Assembly: GCA_030704615.1 (NCBI GenBank)
Contig: CM060731.1
Span: 15,934,001-15,998,000, forward strand
DNA from: Takakia lepidozioides
Lineage: Eukaryota; Plantae; Bryophyta
Reading direction: 5' to 3'
DNA: 64,000 bases
Shown one piece after another: positions 1 through 13,180 of the stretch. Every line of letters begins with the position of its first letter. The first letter of the stretch is position 1. The notes beneath the pieces are model-generated. The model worked only from the letters and a program-made list of their open reading frames with translations. It made no database searches and was not told the origin of the DNA. Position numbers and translations under genes: made by a program.

Positions 1-910
1 GTTTGCAGTGTGTGTGCAAGCCTGGCAGCCTTGGAAAAGGGCAAAGAGGTCCATGGTTGCATCGTCAAAGCTGGAAATGTATCAGATGTGATTTTGAACA
101 ATACCCTTGTGGACATGTATGCCAAATGTGAAGGGAGTGTTCAACAATATGGCTGAACGAGATTTGGTGTCATGGAATGCCATGGTTGCAGGATATGCAC
201 AGCGGGGCGCGGGATGGAGGCCTTGGAGATCTATGAGCAAATGATGGGGGAAGGGGTGAAGCACAACAACATCACGTTTGTGTGCGTTTGCAATGCTTGT
301 GCAAGCCTGGCAGCCCTGGAAAAGGGCAAAGAGTGCATGGTGACATCATCAAAGCTGGAATTGTACCAGTTGTCATTCATGGTGGACATGTATCTGAAAT
401 GTGGGTGCATTGAGGATGCAAAGGGAATATGGCTGAATGAAATGTGGTGTCGTGGAACGCGATGATTGCAGGATGTGCCCAGCATGGTTGTCATAGGGAG
501 GTCCTGCAACTATTTGAAGGAATGCGAGCGGTTTGAAGCCGGACAGTATCACCTTTATACGTGTTCTCTCTGCATGCAGCCACACTGGCCTACTGGATGA
601 AGGAAGACGCTACTGGGATTCCCTGAGTCAAGATTATGGTGTCACTCTGACAGTAAAGCACTTTGGCTGCATGGTGGACCTTCTTGGATGTGCGGGACAA
701 CTGGATGAGGCAGTGGACGTGATTAATTCAATGCCATCAATCCAGATGTTGTGGTGTGGAAGGCCTTGCTTGGTGCCTGCAGAATCCATGGCAATGTGGA
801 GTCTGAACATGTGGCAACATCTATCCTCACGTGGGATGAACATGATGCTGCGACTTATGTGTTGCTATCAAACATCTATGCTGCAGCTGGCAGGTGGGAT
901 CCATCTGGGC
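1..910 (+). pseudogene. PLS-class pentatricopeptide repeat (PPR) gene fragment with E domain, frameshifted; 5' end outside window
   Basis: PPR motifs spread over several frames: LVDMYAKC, V(S)WNAM, KPDSITFIRVLSACSHTGLLDEG, HFGCMVDLLG, and E domain VWKALLGACRIHGNVE...YVLLSNIYAAAGRW. Multiple frameshifts and deletions. Confidence 0.85.
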
Positions 911-1289
911 AGCAGAATGTTCTCTCTGCATTTTACCAGCGCCTAAACAACAAGCTGTATGTCCCATCACATTTCACATGAGCTTGTTCTTCCTTGTACA
1001 ACAATTTGACACATAGAGTAGTATATATAGCTACCTATTATGTCTCTCTTTCTCAAAAAGATGCAGAGAGGAAAAGGAGATTGTCACTGCCCAATGTGAG
1101 GATGGCCTGAAGACAATATCCATTTTCTGCTATAATGTCCGGGGTATTCTCATCAGAGAGCGACCCTTGTCAGGACCATCAGGAATATAGTCTCTGCACC
1201 TCTGTTCACTATCTTTCAAAATCTCGAGGCTGAGCCTGAAGCACCCTCTCTGAACTTGTTTCCAGCACTACAACAGATGAGCGTTTTTA

Positions 1290-1900
1290 TGACTTCACAT
1301 ATGACTATTTTTTCAGTCTTATATGCGTTCATGACTACATCACTCTGTAGTGAAAAAAACCCTGTCATAGCGACTAGTCTTTAGGACTGCGTTTTGCAAG
1401 TCATATCCATGACTGCTTGCGTGGCACCTGGAGTCCTGCTGCAAAGAGGGTTGCAGTCACAACTATATGACTAATATATGACTACATTGTCTGTTGAGCG
1501 CTGCCTACATGGAGAGGCTTCAGCGGGACACGTGCGCCACTGCACAAGCGACACGTCATGCATTCGTCAGGGGATCATATGACTATATGTCTACAAAGTG
1601 ATGCCTACATGGAGAGGCGACGGATGGACACGTGCGCCACTGCGAATTTGACATGTCACAACTTCTTGCCATGATCATATGACTACATGTCTGCACAGTG
1701 ATGCCTACATGGAGAGGCGCTAGCGAGACACGTGTGCTATGGCAGATTTCACACGTGGTGACTACATGACTCGCTCATATGACTACAGGGATGTCTACAT
1801 GGAGAGATATTAGCGGGACACCTGTTGCACTTGAGATGTGACATGTGGCACACAGACAAAATATATGACTAGCATATATGACTACGGATCTTTACACGTG
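1290..1900. repeat. CACTA left subterminal repeat array (ATATGACTAC motif and ~90-100 bp units containing CACGTG)
   Basis: More than 10 copies of (AT)ATGACTA(C), and four units starting (G)CCTACATGGAGAGG...GACACGTG at about 1503, 1603, 1703 and 1794. The inverse motif TAGTCAT recurs at 13470-13745 and at 7440-7610. Confidence 0.8.
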
Positions 1901-2441
1901 GTGAAAATATGGATAAAGAATGTCGTGTCATATACTGCCACGTGTTCTGGTTTGAGCAAGAGTGATGCCACGTGTCATCAAGATTGTTTTCCGAAATAGT
2001 TTATATTTTTAATGTTCATATTTTAATTTTTAGTTTTCATTTAATATTTAAAAGAACAGGGAGATTGCAGCCTTGGATTTTTTTTAATGGTATTATTTTT
2101 CATATTATTATTTAAAATGAAAGTGAATTAAATGATTTAAAATCTTCATTACATGGTAAAATTCCAACATGAAAACAGAATGGCTCCCTCCTGCATACTA
2201 TCAACCACAAGGAGAATGAAAATAGTCAAGTACAGGGCAATACAAGCCCTATAAATCACATTACAAAAATCCAAATGAGACCAATATCCCAATGGACACC
2301 TCAAAAGCCACAAGGTCAAAAAATCCATGCCTCAAAAGGCCCAGCCAAAAACAAGTAAGCCCACACATGGGCTGAATTGTTATAGCTAGTATGTTCTAGT
2401 GCTATTAGAATCAAGAACTCTGTTAAACAGTGCAATACTGA

Positions 2442-5400
2442 CTATCCCTTCCGCAGCTCCATAAGTTTCAGTAACTTTAGACTCCAAAGTGTTGTCTGGC
2501 CAACCACCTGCCCCAACTCGGTCTGTTTCCTAACACCATTCACATATGGTAGAGGGGTGTTACTGACACATGTCTCTTTGATGTACACACAGGCATAATC
2601 AAGGGGCACAGCAGGGTACCCGTAACCCACCACAGCACCTTGAAGAGCAACAATCAGCCCTACTCCACATTTCTTGCGTTTGGAGTTCACATCCAACAAC
2701 CGAACCTCGTTACCCACCCTGAACTGTGATCCCAACTCCACACAAAAAAGAACACGATGTGAAAACCCATGACATACACACGACTAGGACACTCAACATT
2801 TGCGAGTTAAAGAGAGCCCCAAGGTTGGAAAAAATATAACAGACAAGACAACGGCCTGGACTTATTCCATTTGCAGTCTCCAGTGGTGGTGAGACCTCTT
2901 TTGGGGGGCTACTCGCCGGGTCGACACTCTTGCCCCTCGTCTGTACCGGCTTGTCGACAATATCACCTTTGTTTGTCACAAGTTCCTGTGTCACAGACCA
3001 GAGATCAACCAGGAAAGCAATGAGCAAACAGGAATAGTGAATAGAAACAAAATCCAAGTATGAATCAAACAAAAAAAACCAACATGAAAAGCTGCAAAGA
3101 AAACCTAGCATTAATCAAGCAACCGAGGAGAAGCATCCAGGAAAGCAATGCAATGAATGAACCCACAAAAATGTAGCCTCTGGAGCACTGTCAGAATGTT
3201 TGTACCTTCACGGTAGCAGTGTTGTAGGGTTGTTGTCCGAAAACAGGCTGAGACTCCAAAAACTTGGGAATACTGGCAGCTTTCGATGCCTTCCACAAGA
3301 AAGGCCACAACACCTCTGTTAGATACTCATCAGTTGGTGAATCTGGTTGCACCTTCCATGGCTCTGGAAAAATCCCACTGAAGGGAGGATTGTTTGCCGC
3401 CTTTCTTGGTGTGTCGTCAACAAGAACAGTGTCCTCATAAGTCCATTATGGCCAGTCTGCCCACACTGTAGACAAGTTCTTGAAATATAATGGCTTTGAA
3501 TCAGACCCCTTACGGCATGGGAGGACTGGATCCTCGTCACAGTGAAGGGCATCCCACTGGAAAACCAGGTTAGTGTGGGCTGCAAAATATAGTCCACCAT
3601 TGGGAAGAAGTTGCAAGCTTGGCAACAAGACCACACCGCCACCTCAAAGTGTTCAAAACACTTTTGCAAAAAGTCATAACAGCGTGGTCTCAAAACTACC
3701 ATCTTCTTGCCACACATCTTCCCCACAAAACCTTTGGGAAGGGATGCAGGCCCATTAGCAGAATGAAAAGATTCACATAACAGACCATTTAAGTCCAGAA
3801 TTAGTAAATGCTTCCTCGTTGGTCCAGGAAGTAAACTGACATTTGGCTTCAACATGTGAGCAGGAGAAATTAAAGCAACCTACTTGTTTGTTTTGTCCCC
3901 GTCTGCATCTTCCTCCCTATCTAAACTCCCACATACCTGCATACCAGAATCCGGTGTGCCCGGCCGCTCTGTCACCATTGCCCCCTGGATTGCTACTGCC
4001 TTTGTACGTGGCAAGGGCTGAATTTCCACGTGTACCTCACAGCTGGCCTTCCCTGTATCCTGCTACTGCTCGGTCAAATTCAAAAGATCATCAGTGACAG
4101 GAAGACATAGGGCTTAGAGTGAGCACCAGTTACCGTCTGAAATTGGGATTCCAAACATTTTGATACTGTCACAGCAGACGTATCCATCGTAGATGTCACT
4201 GGTCCTGCGCCTAGTAGATTAATCCCCAATCTCGTCACAATGGCTTTCTAGTACTCAATCATACTCTGCATCTGTAATTTTAATTCTGCCATGTCACGTC
4301 CTTGTGATTCCACCAGTTTGTCCAAGCCATCCATCCTGCCAACTACTGTAGAATATGCGAGACTTCCCTCCTGCCAATCCATGAAAACTTGCCCAAGTAT
4401 GAATCAAACCCAAAAAACCTAGCATGAACAACCATTGGAAAGAAAACCCAGGCCAAAAGCCGTGAAAAAAACCCTAGCAACCTATGATGCAGCAACCACT
4501 CTAGCAAACGTGGAAAACACACTTACCCGCCTGTCACTCCCAGCTGACAACCGTGACACTGAACCCTCTTGAATTTCATATAATGTAGGAGGGCACCCTG
4601 ATAGTGTTTCCTACAAATTAATCCATGCCACAAACAAACCCATGCCACAAGTCAGTAAGCAATGTGAGGGCTGACTATATACACATAGCAATTCAATGAG
4701 GAACAAAATACAGAGTCGTGATGATGCCACTTACCAAGCGTGCTTCCACCATTGCCTTCCCACCACGGCCAGTCTTGGTAGGATTCAGAATTGCACCATT
4801 TGCCTTCTTCATGTTGCCCGACACTTTGTGGAACACCTCTGTCTGCCAGTAACTTACAAGCTTGTTCCATACCTCGTCAGATACAGTAATGGGTTTCCCC
4901 TTACCACCCAACCACGAAGTGTGTGCTTCATAACGCTGGCTCTTCATTATTCTGCCAATTGTTTGTTTTAGGTGGAAGTCTTTTAATTCGTGCGGCGTAT
5001 ATGAAAATAGCTTAGCCAGGTGATCTCTGATTTTGTATACAACTTCATCAGGTTGGTTGTTGATGGCAAGGGAACAATCTAGCTTGCGATAAGCCTGTCC
5101 TTTAAGGGCAGTGTGCCATACATTCCGGGTCTGACCATACGGGGCTCCTTTGAGGTTCGTCAAAATCACCGTGGGAGGAAGACCTGCAGCTATTCTCTCT
5201 TCCTTGACCTTGGCAGCTTCAATTTTGGCTGAGCTATTAGCCCTCCTTAAAGCATTGGTTCTATCATTCTTTGAAACGGCACCCTCCCCTCCTTCAGAGA
5301 CCTCCGCGCGCTCAGGAGAATTCAAAGCAGGATCCTGCCAAGTAGGGACTGGTGGCCATGGTTGTTGGCCAGAAGGCCGAGGACCATACTGGCCATACTG

Positions 5401-6700
5401 TCCATAAGCAGGAGGATATTCCGGTGGCCTGCCACCCCCATAGCTATTAGGGGGTGGCAAATATGGTGGAGGAGGATACTGGCCATACTGCCCATATGGA
5501 GGAGCACCATATTGACCCTGACCATACTGAGTGCCAGACTGTGGGTATTGAGGCATACCATAATAAGGTGGGGGTACTGGTGGCACAGAACCCACAATGT
5601 TGGGAGAGTTAGGGCCACCTCTTGCGTTCTTGTAGGCGCCATCTCCATTGCTAGCAGCAGGGATCGTGGATCCAGTGCGCTTGTGCTTGCCCTGAAAAGA
5701 AATTCCCCCAGTATAATGTGGGTGATTACACATACATATAGGCAGCAAGCAGCAAATCCTTGAATTCAGGCAAAACAAACTGGAAGCACATATCATTTGT
5801 AAAGACAAGATTACCCAAAACTCAGTATGATCTTGGGCAGTAAATCTCCCAAATTTGATTGGCCCCAATGATGTCCTCCCAGTACATTTTTGAGCCCTCT
5901 TAGGTATGGGGTGTTCCTGAAATCCATAGCAAGAATTCAAATGGACAAACCTGATGGGTCCATGAGAAGTATCCCTCCAAGTTTTACTGATATTCTGGGT
6001 GCATAAGTAACCCAAGTATCTCTATAAGTAGCCATTGTAGCTTAGTACCAGGACGTTGGTTTCATGGGGCAAAGAATTTGAACACACCTGAAGTCTACAT
6101 TGGCCTGACATCATGCCTTTGGCACTTCAACTTGTCTAGTGGAAATCATTTGTGATTGTGCCTTGGCTGACCCCTGCATTGTCCAACTTCCCTGTCTTGA
6201 CAGACATACCCTATCTCTTCGTGATTTTACCAAAAACATACATAATTAGAATCATGGTCATTGTGAAGAACTATAACTCACAGACGGAGAAGGTGTTCGT
6301 AGTGTAGATGATGGGCGTTTTTGTCCTGCGACATGAGCATGGGCATGTTCTCCTCGGCTTGCCGTGGCATCCGCCGACGACGCACTCGCCTCGCACTGGC
6401 GTGGGAGGAGTGGATCGTCCTCATCGTCCTCAGAAGAGCCCTCATGCAAAATCGTAGTCTTCATCGTCTTCAGTCTGGCACTTTGCCTTGCAGGACCTTG
6501 ATCCCTACCTTTTTCCTTCGGAGCGCGTGGCTTGCGAGGGCGATTCGCTCCCGCAAGCCTGCACAAACACCTCCATGACCTCCCTCTCAAACAATCACAA
6601 ACAAATGTAAGCATACATACCCTAATACTCTTAAGCCTACGCTGAACCACAGCCGCACCCTACCAGGACGTAATGCCTGCCCACGAATGACGGCGGACAT
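2442..6700 (-). pseudogene. CACTA second gene (TnpA/Ptta-like), spliced; Transposase_24-like domain, Gly/Pro/Tyr/Gln low-complexity tract, FCP1-like domain, C-terminal Transposase_23-like domain
   Basis: ORF 4693-6015 contains KPITVSDEVWNKLVSYWQT...VSGNMKKAN...TKTGRGG (Ptta/En/Spm type). ORF 2442-2741 contains VGNEVRLLD...GVGLIV...LPY...VGQTTLW (TNP1/EnSpm C-terminal type). GT-AG junctions are visible (e.g. 5693, 4733, 4528, 2719). Internal stops and frameshifts are present; exon structure is approximate. Confidence 0.65.
3335..3820 (-). pseudogene. FCP1/NIF (HAD-family CTD phosphatase-like) domain inside the CACTA element
   Basis: HLLILDLNGLL...VVLRPRCYDFLQKCFEHFEVAVWS, then after frameshifts FQWD...KPLYFKNLSTVW...TVLVDDTPRKAANNP...IFP. 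All hallmark motifs of plant FCP1-homology proteins occur in order. Confidence 0.8.
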
Positions 6701-7137
6701 CTCCCGCCTAATGACACACCCTCCTCAAACCTAATCGTCACTCACTGCATGTTGTTTGCCTCTCTGTTTGTACAAGTCGCAGCTACTCGCCCCCATTTGT
6801 GCTATGAAGCTTATGATCGCTGTAGGAAGGTTAGAGGATAAGGCAAATCGCAAGTTTAGTGGGTGGGTATCCAAAGTCAGGAACTAAACTCACCCATCTA
6901 TCGACTGCTTGAACGTTGCTTCCACCTCCTTTATGGCAGCAATCCGGCGCTCTCGGAACTTCTCGTACTCAGTGAGAGGGACTGTCACTTCGAAGACCTT
7001 CCGCTTCACCATGGACACTCAGAAACGATACTTATAGTATACTATAGATATAGAAATAGCACATTGGCAGCTGGTGCAAAACTAGAGACAATGCACTGTG
7101 CGTAGCATGCAAAGAGGGAAGGGGTGACGTTCAAAGC

Positions 7138-10100
7138 ATGTACAGTGCAGGTGGCGAACGGATGCGTAGGCGTAGAATAGATGACCGTCTATGGCGAATG
7201 GAAGAAGCTTATGCCACAAGGAATGGGCATACAAAAATGCTATGCAACTGCGATGAGTGTCATGGAGGAAAAGTACTCTTGTTGGAAACAGTGAGGAATC
7301 ATTACATGATACACGGGAGGGATCCTCTTCTCCAACGCTGTTCTCTTCCGGTAAGATCGTCACTTTCCCTTCAGCACTTTAGTTTGAATTTTGAATGCAA
7401 CGATCCTCTTCTCCACATGTCGACATTTCGTTGGGTGATTGTAGTCAAGAAGTCATAAGATACAGACGTGAGTATGACTACGCCACTTCCGTTATCACTT
7501 TAATTAATGCACATGTCGTGTTTTCATTGGTCATGTGTAGTCATGTAGTCATATATGTTCATAATATGAACAAGTGTCACATCGTTGTTGGTCCACTCAC
7601 AAGATGACTATTGGGATGCAGGGATGTGAATATTCAGATGATGAAGACGAAGGCCCTGCGGCACAGCGGGAGCCCAATGTCACAGAGAACGCAGATGAGA
7701 GTGGTGGAGGTAGAAATGCAGCGTGCATTGCAGGAAGCGTTTCTCTTTGCAGATGCAAACAGAGAGGACCCCATTCATGGTGGAACCGATCACACATTTG
7801 CCGATCATGACGATGATCTCGACGATTCCGGAGACAATGAATTTGATGAGAATGCTCACCTGCACGTTGATCCCGAGTATGATAAACTCTTCCGAGCGTC
7901 GCAATGTCCACTTTTTGAAGGGTGCTCCATCAGCCGGCTGCAAGCAACTTTGACGTTGCTGAACGCATGCACTACCCACAAGTGCACCAATGCATTTGTG
8001 GATGAGCTTCTGGGATTGTTGCGTAAGAGTTTTTTGCCTAAAGAATTCATTGCCGAAAACTCACTATGAAGCAAAAACCATGATTGCCAAGATGGGATTG
8101 CAGTACACGATGATTCATGCCTGTGAGCGTGGTTGTGTACTCTTCCGTGGGGAGTATGAGAATGTAGACATTTGCCCAGTGTGCCGCAGTTCCCGTTACA
8201 TTCCAGGTCGTGGAAGTGTGCCCAAGAAAGTATTGCGACACTTCCCTGTCATTCCAAGGTTGAAACGTATGTACCGATGTAAATCGATCGCTAACCTCAT
8301 GACATGGCACGACAGACATAAGAGCCAGGATGGGTTGGTTCGACATCCAGCTGATAGCAAAGCATGGAGACACATTGACACCACATTTGCGGATTTTGCT
8401 GCAGAGCCACGATCTCTGCGATTTGGATTGGCCTTAGACGGTGTAAATCCCTACGGAGCTCAATCCACAAGTTGGAGCACATGGCCCGTTCTCTTGGTCA
8501 ATTACAATCTGCCTCCGTGGTTAATGACCAAAAAGTTCTTTGTCATGTTAGCGCTACTGATTCCTGGTAAGGAGTCTGTTACCTCGGACAACGTAGATGT
8601 TTACCTGATGCCCCTAGTGGAAGAGCTATTGGAACTATGGAGAGGGATTGCAGCTCATGATGTTTCCCGTCCTCGTGGTCAACGCGAATTCACACTGAGG
8701 GCAGTGTTGATGTGGTCAATCCATGACTACCATGCATATGGCTTGCTCTCAGGTCAAGTGACGAAAGGTTATGCTGGTTGTCCAGCTTGTGGACCCGGGG
8801 TGACTTCACAGCAGTTACACACATGTGGAAAAATTGTTTTCCTAGGCCACCGAAGATTTTTGGCCCGCAATCATCCATATAGAAGGTCAAGAATGTTCAA
8901 TGGCGCTACTGAGCATGGAACTCCTCCAAAAACGCAGACTGGAACACAAATCAAGGACCTTGCAACAGCTCGCACTGCATGGGTGGAATAGCAGGACAGA
9001 CCCAGCAAAAACTCATGGAGTTAAGCGATTGTCAATTTTATATGTCTTACCTTATTGGGAGGTAATTCCTTCATGGCCTTTAAATTGGCTGTGTACATTT
9101 TTGCGTTTTCTGTTTAAATTGTGATGAGTTAATGCTCAATTGCTTATGTGTTCATTTTGTAGGGTCTCCTCATCCGCCACACGTTTGACGCAATGCATTG
9201 CGAGAAGAACTTGGCTGAAAATATTATTAAAACTATCTTTGGTGAGAAAGACACATTGAAAGTTCGCCGTGATTTGGAGCTACTTGGGATGCGCCCGGAA
9301 TTGTGGCTACAACGTGATCCTGACAGAGCAGATACGTTAATTATGCCTCCTGCCCCTTATGTCCTCACTGAGGCTGAGTTACAAGTCTTTCTGGAGATTG
9401 TGCAGAACTTGAAAGTGCCAACAGGCTACGCATCAGCTTTCAAAAAGCATGTGGTGAAGAAGAAGTTGTCAGGCATGAAATCACATGACTATCATGTGCT
9501 CATGCAGCAAATTATACCGCTTGCTATCCGTGGGCTCATGCCAAGTGGTCCTCGAAGGGCCATTTTGCGAGTATGTCGTGTATTTAAGAAGTTGTGTGCA
9601 AAAGTGGTGAATCCTGTAGAGTATGAGGAATTGAGAACTGAAGCAGTTCTCACTCTGTCTTATAGAGAAGGAGTTCCCACCATCATTTTTTGATGTGATG
9701 ACACATCTGGTTGTTCACCTAGTGGATGAGTTGTACTTATGCGGGCCCGTAGCATCTCGTTGGATGTACCCCATGGAGCGGGCAATGAAAGATATGAAGG
9801 GCTACGTAAGAAACATGGCAAGGCCCGAGGGGAGCATGGCAGAAGGATACCAATTTGAAGAAGCATTGGGTTTTTGCACAGAGTATATGGCAGGATTTGA
9901 TGGAAGTGTACGAAGGGTGTGGGATGCAGATGAGGCAGAATCTGTGGAACGTGAAGTTGTGGAAGGAAGTTCTAAAGCCCGAAAATTGAATGACCTGTGT
10001 GATATTGTACATGAGTACATCATTCAGAACCATCCTCGTCTATCAGTCATGTTGGGGTAAGAAATCTACTTCATTGACATTCAGATTTCCAAGTTTTAGT

Positions 10101-11143
10101 CATTTATCATTAGTTGGCATATGGCGTCTTTTCAAATCTCCCACGCCACCTCTGTCAATCTCCTGGCTGACCCTCGGATTGTGACAGGATATATGAAGCA
10201 GAGTCCACACGGATAGAAGCCAGACGACGCTTGTTTCGTGAGGAGCAAGGGCTGGAAGGCATGAGCAATCCCACGGCAATTCAGTACCCTCCTGATTTGC
10301 ATCCTTGTCCTCCATTTGCTGTTTGGCTCCCTCAAGGTGTACGGGATCATCTCTCAATTCAATCAGATGGGCTTGATCCTACAACACGTGAGGAATTACT
10401 GGATCTTTCAAGGCCTCCATCATTTACTGCCCTGTCATTCAAGAGTATGACAGCGTATGGTAACCATTACAGGGTTACATCCCCCGGCATGAACACAACA
10501 AGTATGGTGTCTTTTGATTGTGGAGTCTCATCTGTTTTCCAGCACCAGCCCATTACCAACAATTCAGGCAATGACATGGAGGAACCTACAAGATATGTGG
10601 GTCTTATAAGGGAGATTTTGCAAATTGACTATGGCCAAACACAGCCTATAGTGTTTTTGTGTTCGTGGGTACGGGCGAGTCGCGTGGGTCGTCAACCTAT
10701 GTCAATGAAGCAGGATGATGCTGGCTTCACACTTGTCAATTTTAACCGTATGCTTCCACCTTCTGAGCAACCTTTTGTGTTTCCTGGCCAGGTTGATCAA
10801 GTGTTTTTTTTCTGATTGTGTGAAGGAGCCGGGGTGGAAAGTCGTCCTGGAGAAGAGCCCCCGAGCACGTAGAGTGGTCTGCGACATATCAATTGATAAT
10901 GATGATGTGGCGGAAGTGGAAGGATTGTTAGCCCCACAAAGACTAGAGGAGACTGTGGTTACTGATGGCCCAACATGCAGCCGAGCGGTACCGGTTACTC
11001 CAGAGCAGGTGGCCTCCTTGTACCTCCGAGCACCCCGTATACGTGGTGATGATGTTCAGCCAACCCTTGGAGAAGATGAAGTCTGTGATGAAGACAGTGA
11101 TACATGTAGTGACCCAGACATAGATGAGGATGATGAAGATTAG
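7138..11143 (+). pseudogene. CACTA TnpD transposase (transposase-associated Zn domain, Transposase_21, DUF4218, DUF4216); spliced, with frameshifts and a stop
   Basis: CNCDEC...RNHYMIHG; IHACERGCVLF...CPVC; HPADSKAWRHID; LALDGVNPY...STWPVLLVNYNLPPW; MHCEKN; GMKSHDYHVLMQ; HLVVHL...GPV..RWMYPMER; EQPFVFPGQVDQVFF. Lesions at about 8040, 8989, 9660 and 10805. Confidence 0.93.
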
Positions 11144-11259
11144 ATATGCGCGATTTGTGCACTCCAGTTATAGACCATGCATGATAGTTTAAGGTGGTAA
11201 CACTCCCTTCGCATTCCCATTAAGATATCATGCTTGGACACTGGATTTTATGATCAATT

Positions 11260-13180
11260 ATGGAGTGCTTTCCTTTCAGCACCCTTTATTCATTTGTTGT
11301 TGCAATTGGCTTTGGACCAACCCGTGCTGGTACCATTGCCATGGGTTCTGCCTGCAATGTTTTCTTGCCATGGATTCGGCACACGCCACGAAAGGCCATC
11401 CAGACCATCCTCTGGAAATGCTCCAATGTTGTTTCAAACATCTCCACATTGCAATGGATACAACACTGACATTAGATGAGTGAAAGTGAGACTAGACCTC
11501 CAGCCAGCCGGCTTTCCCACATCAAATTGAAGGGGATCTGTAGATTATAGATAACGGCTGTTGCCTTCTCAATGTCTTTTCCAATGACCTCTGCAATGAA
11601 CTGGGGTATAAGATCCTTCAAATCACAAGTTTGAGCATCACGCACAAGCCACTTACGGGGATAGAGTTTCCAATGCGAACCATTGGTCTTTTATTGATAG
11701 CATTGTTGTAAAATACATGGACCAACATGGTCAATTTCGGGAATGACATATAGTACGCTTTCATGTACTATGTAAGCATGCAACTATGTACCAGTGACGT
11801 GGCTTGTTCGCCACTTAACCTGTTTGCCCATTCAGCCAGCTCCACATTGTCATGGATTTTGCATGCTGGATTGTGAGGCCATCCACACCGTCCTCTGGAA
11901 ATGCTATCATGGGGTTTCAGCTATGTCCACATTTCCCTGGATTATGCCTGCACGAAGCAAGGCCAACTGCATTCAGCACCCTCCACTTTATTATAGTATT
12001 GCAGCAACATTCAAAACACTTCAATTTGTATCCATCGAAAACATCTAGGCTGGAAAAAGACATTGTTGCAGCAGAACTTAGGAAAGTACTTCTCCCCTTC
12101 CACTACACACGTGAAATGAAAGAAGCCAACCAACAGCATACCAGCCAAGAAAATATGAAACCAGCCAAGAAAAGAGCCAATATATGCAGTGAAGGTCGAC
12201 ACTAAATGAAACTTATCCAACACTTACATTAGAGGAGGGAAGCTAAGTCTTACCTCCATAAGCTTGCCCACATCAAATTTGGGAGCTTTCAGAATTTCTC
12301 CTTTCCGGTTGAATGAACTTGGCTACAAGATCCTTCAAATCGCAAGTTTGAGCTTCACACACAATGAACTTGCAGGGATTGAGCTTCCAATGCGAACCAG
12401 GAGTCTTATATTGATAGCATTGTTGTAAAACACATGGACCAACAATGACAGTCTTTGGAATGACATATAGTACAGCATGTCGCTTCCAGTTGACCATCTA
12501 CCCATGTAGGTTTCTTGTACCTATCCTTCCACAGGGAATCATAGGTAATGTGGAGCTTGAAATCCAGCCCTCTTGGATGAATGTGGACCCACACTCTATC
12601 CCTGCTCCTTCAGCTATCCATGCCTCTGACAGCCTACAATTCTACCAGCAAACACCCCAACCATACTGGTGTGGAGTTCTTCCCCAAAACACCCCAACCC
12701 TACTTATCACAATCTGAAATGCATCTGCTTCTCTCTGTAGTCCAACAGGCATTCGCCTTTTTGTCTCCATTGGCCCACCATTGGGGTCGGAAAGTGTTCA
12801 CCCCACCGCTTCTCCTCACCTCTATTATATGTTTTTGGATACTTCCCTGCTGCCACACTGGCAGTAACTTGCCAAAGTCACTCCAAACCACCACAGATGT
12901 ACCCAACGACCTAACTTACAGAATTCAATATGCATCTTGCGGCCGAGTCTGATGAGAGGGCAACACAGGCTGAAATAGGTTGAAGAAGAAGGTGCCCTAC
13001 CACATTGTCCTTGACCTGTCCTGACCCATGGAGGATTTGACCGATGACCTCTTGTGTGTGCTGCTTGTGTCTGTAGTCAGGTAATGTCGGATTGGTCTGT
13101 CAGATCGAACCACTACGGCGTAGATGAGTAGTCAGAGATTGAAACACGCTTGCTAAGACCAAGCTGACTGTCCCAAGAAC
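11260..13180 (-). other. Captured degenerate gene fragments inside the CACTA 3' region (two PPR E-domain-like pieces plus an unidentified segment also present at 44150-46090)
   Basis: Minus strand reads VWMAFRGVCRIHG (~11365-11410) and VWMA..ACKIHDNVELAEWA (~11825-11890), resembling the E-domain VWxALLxACxIHGNVELAE. 11605-11755 is duplicated at 12325-12475. 12484-13180 is homologous to 45345-46085. Confidence 0.5.
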
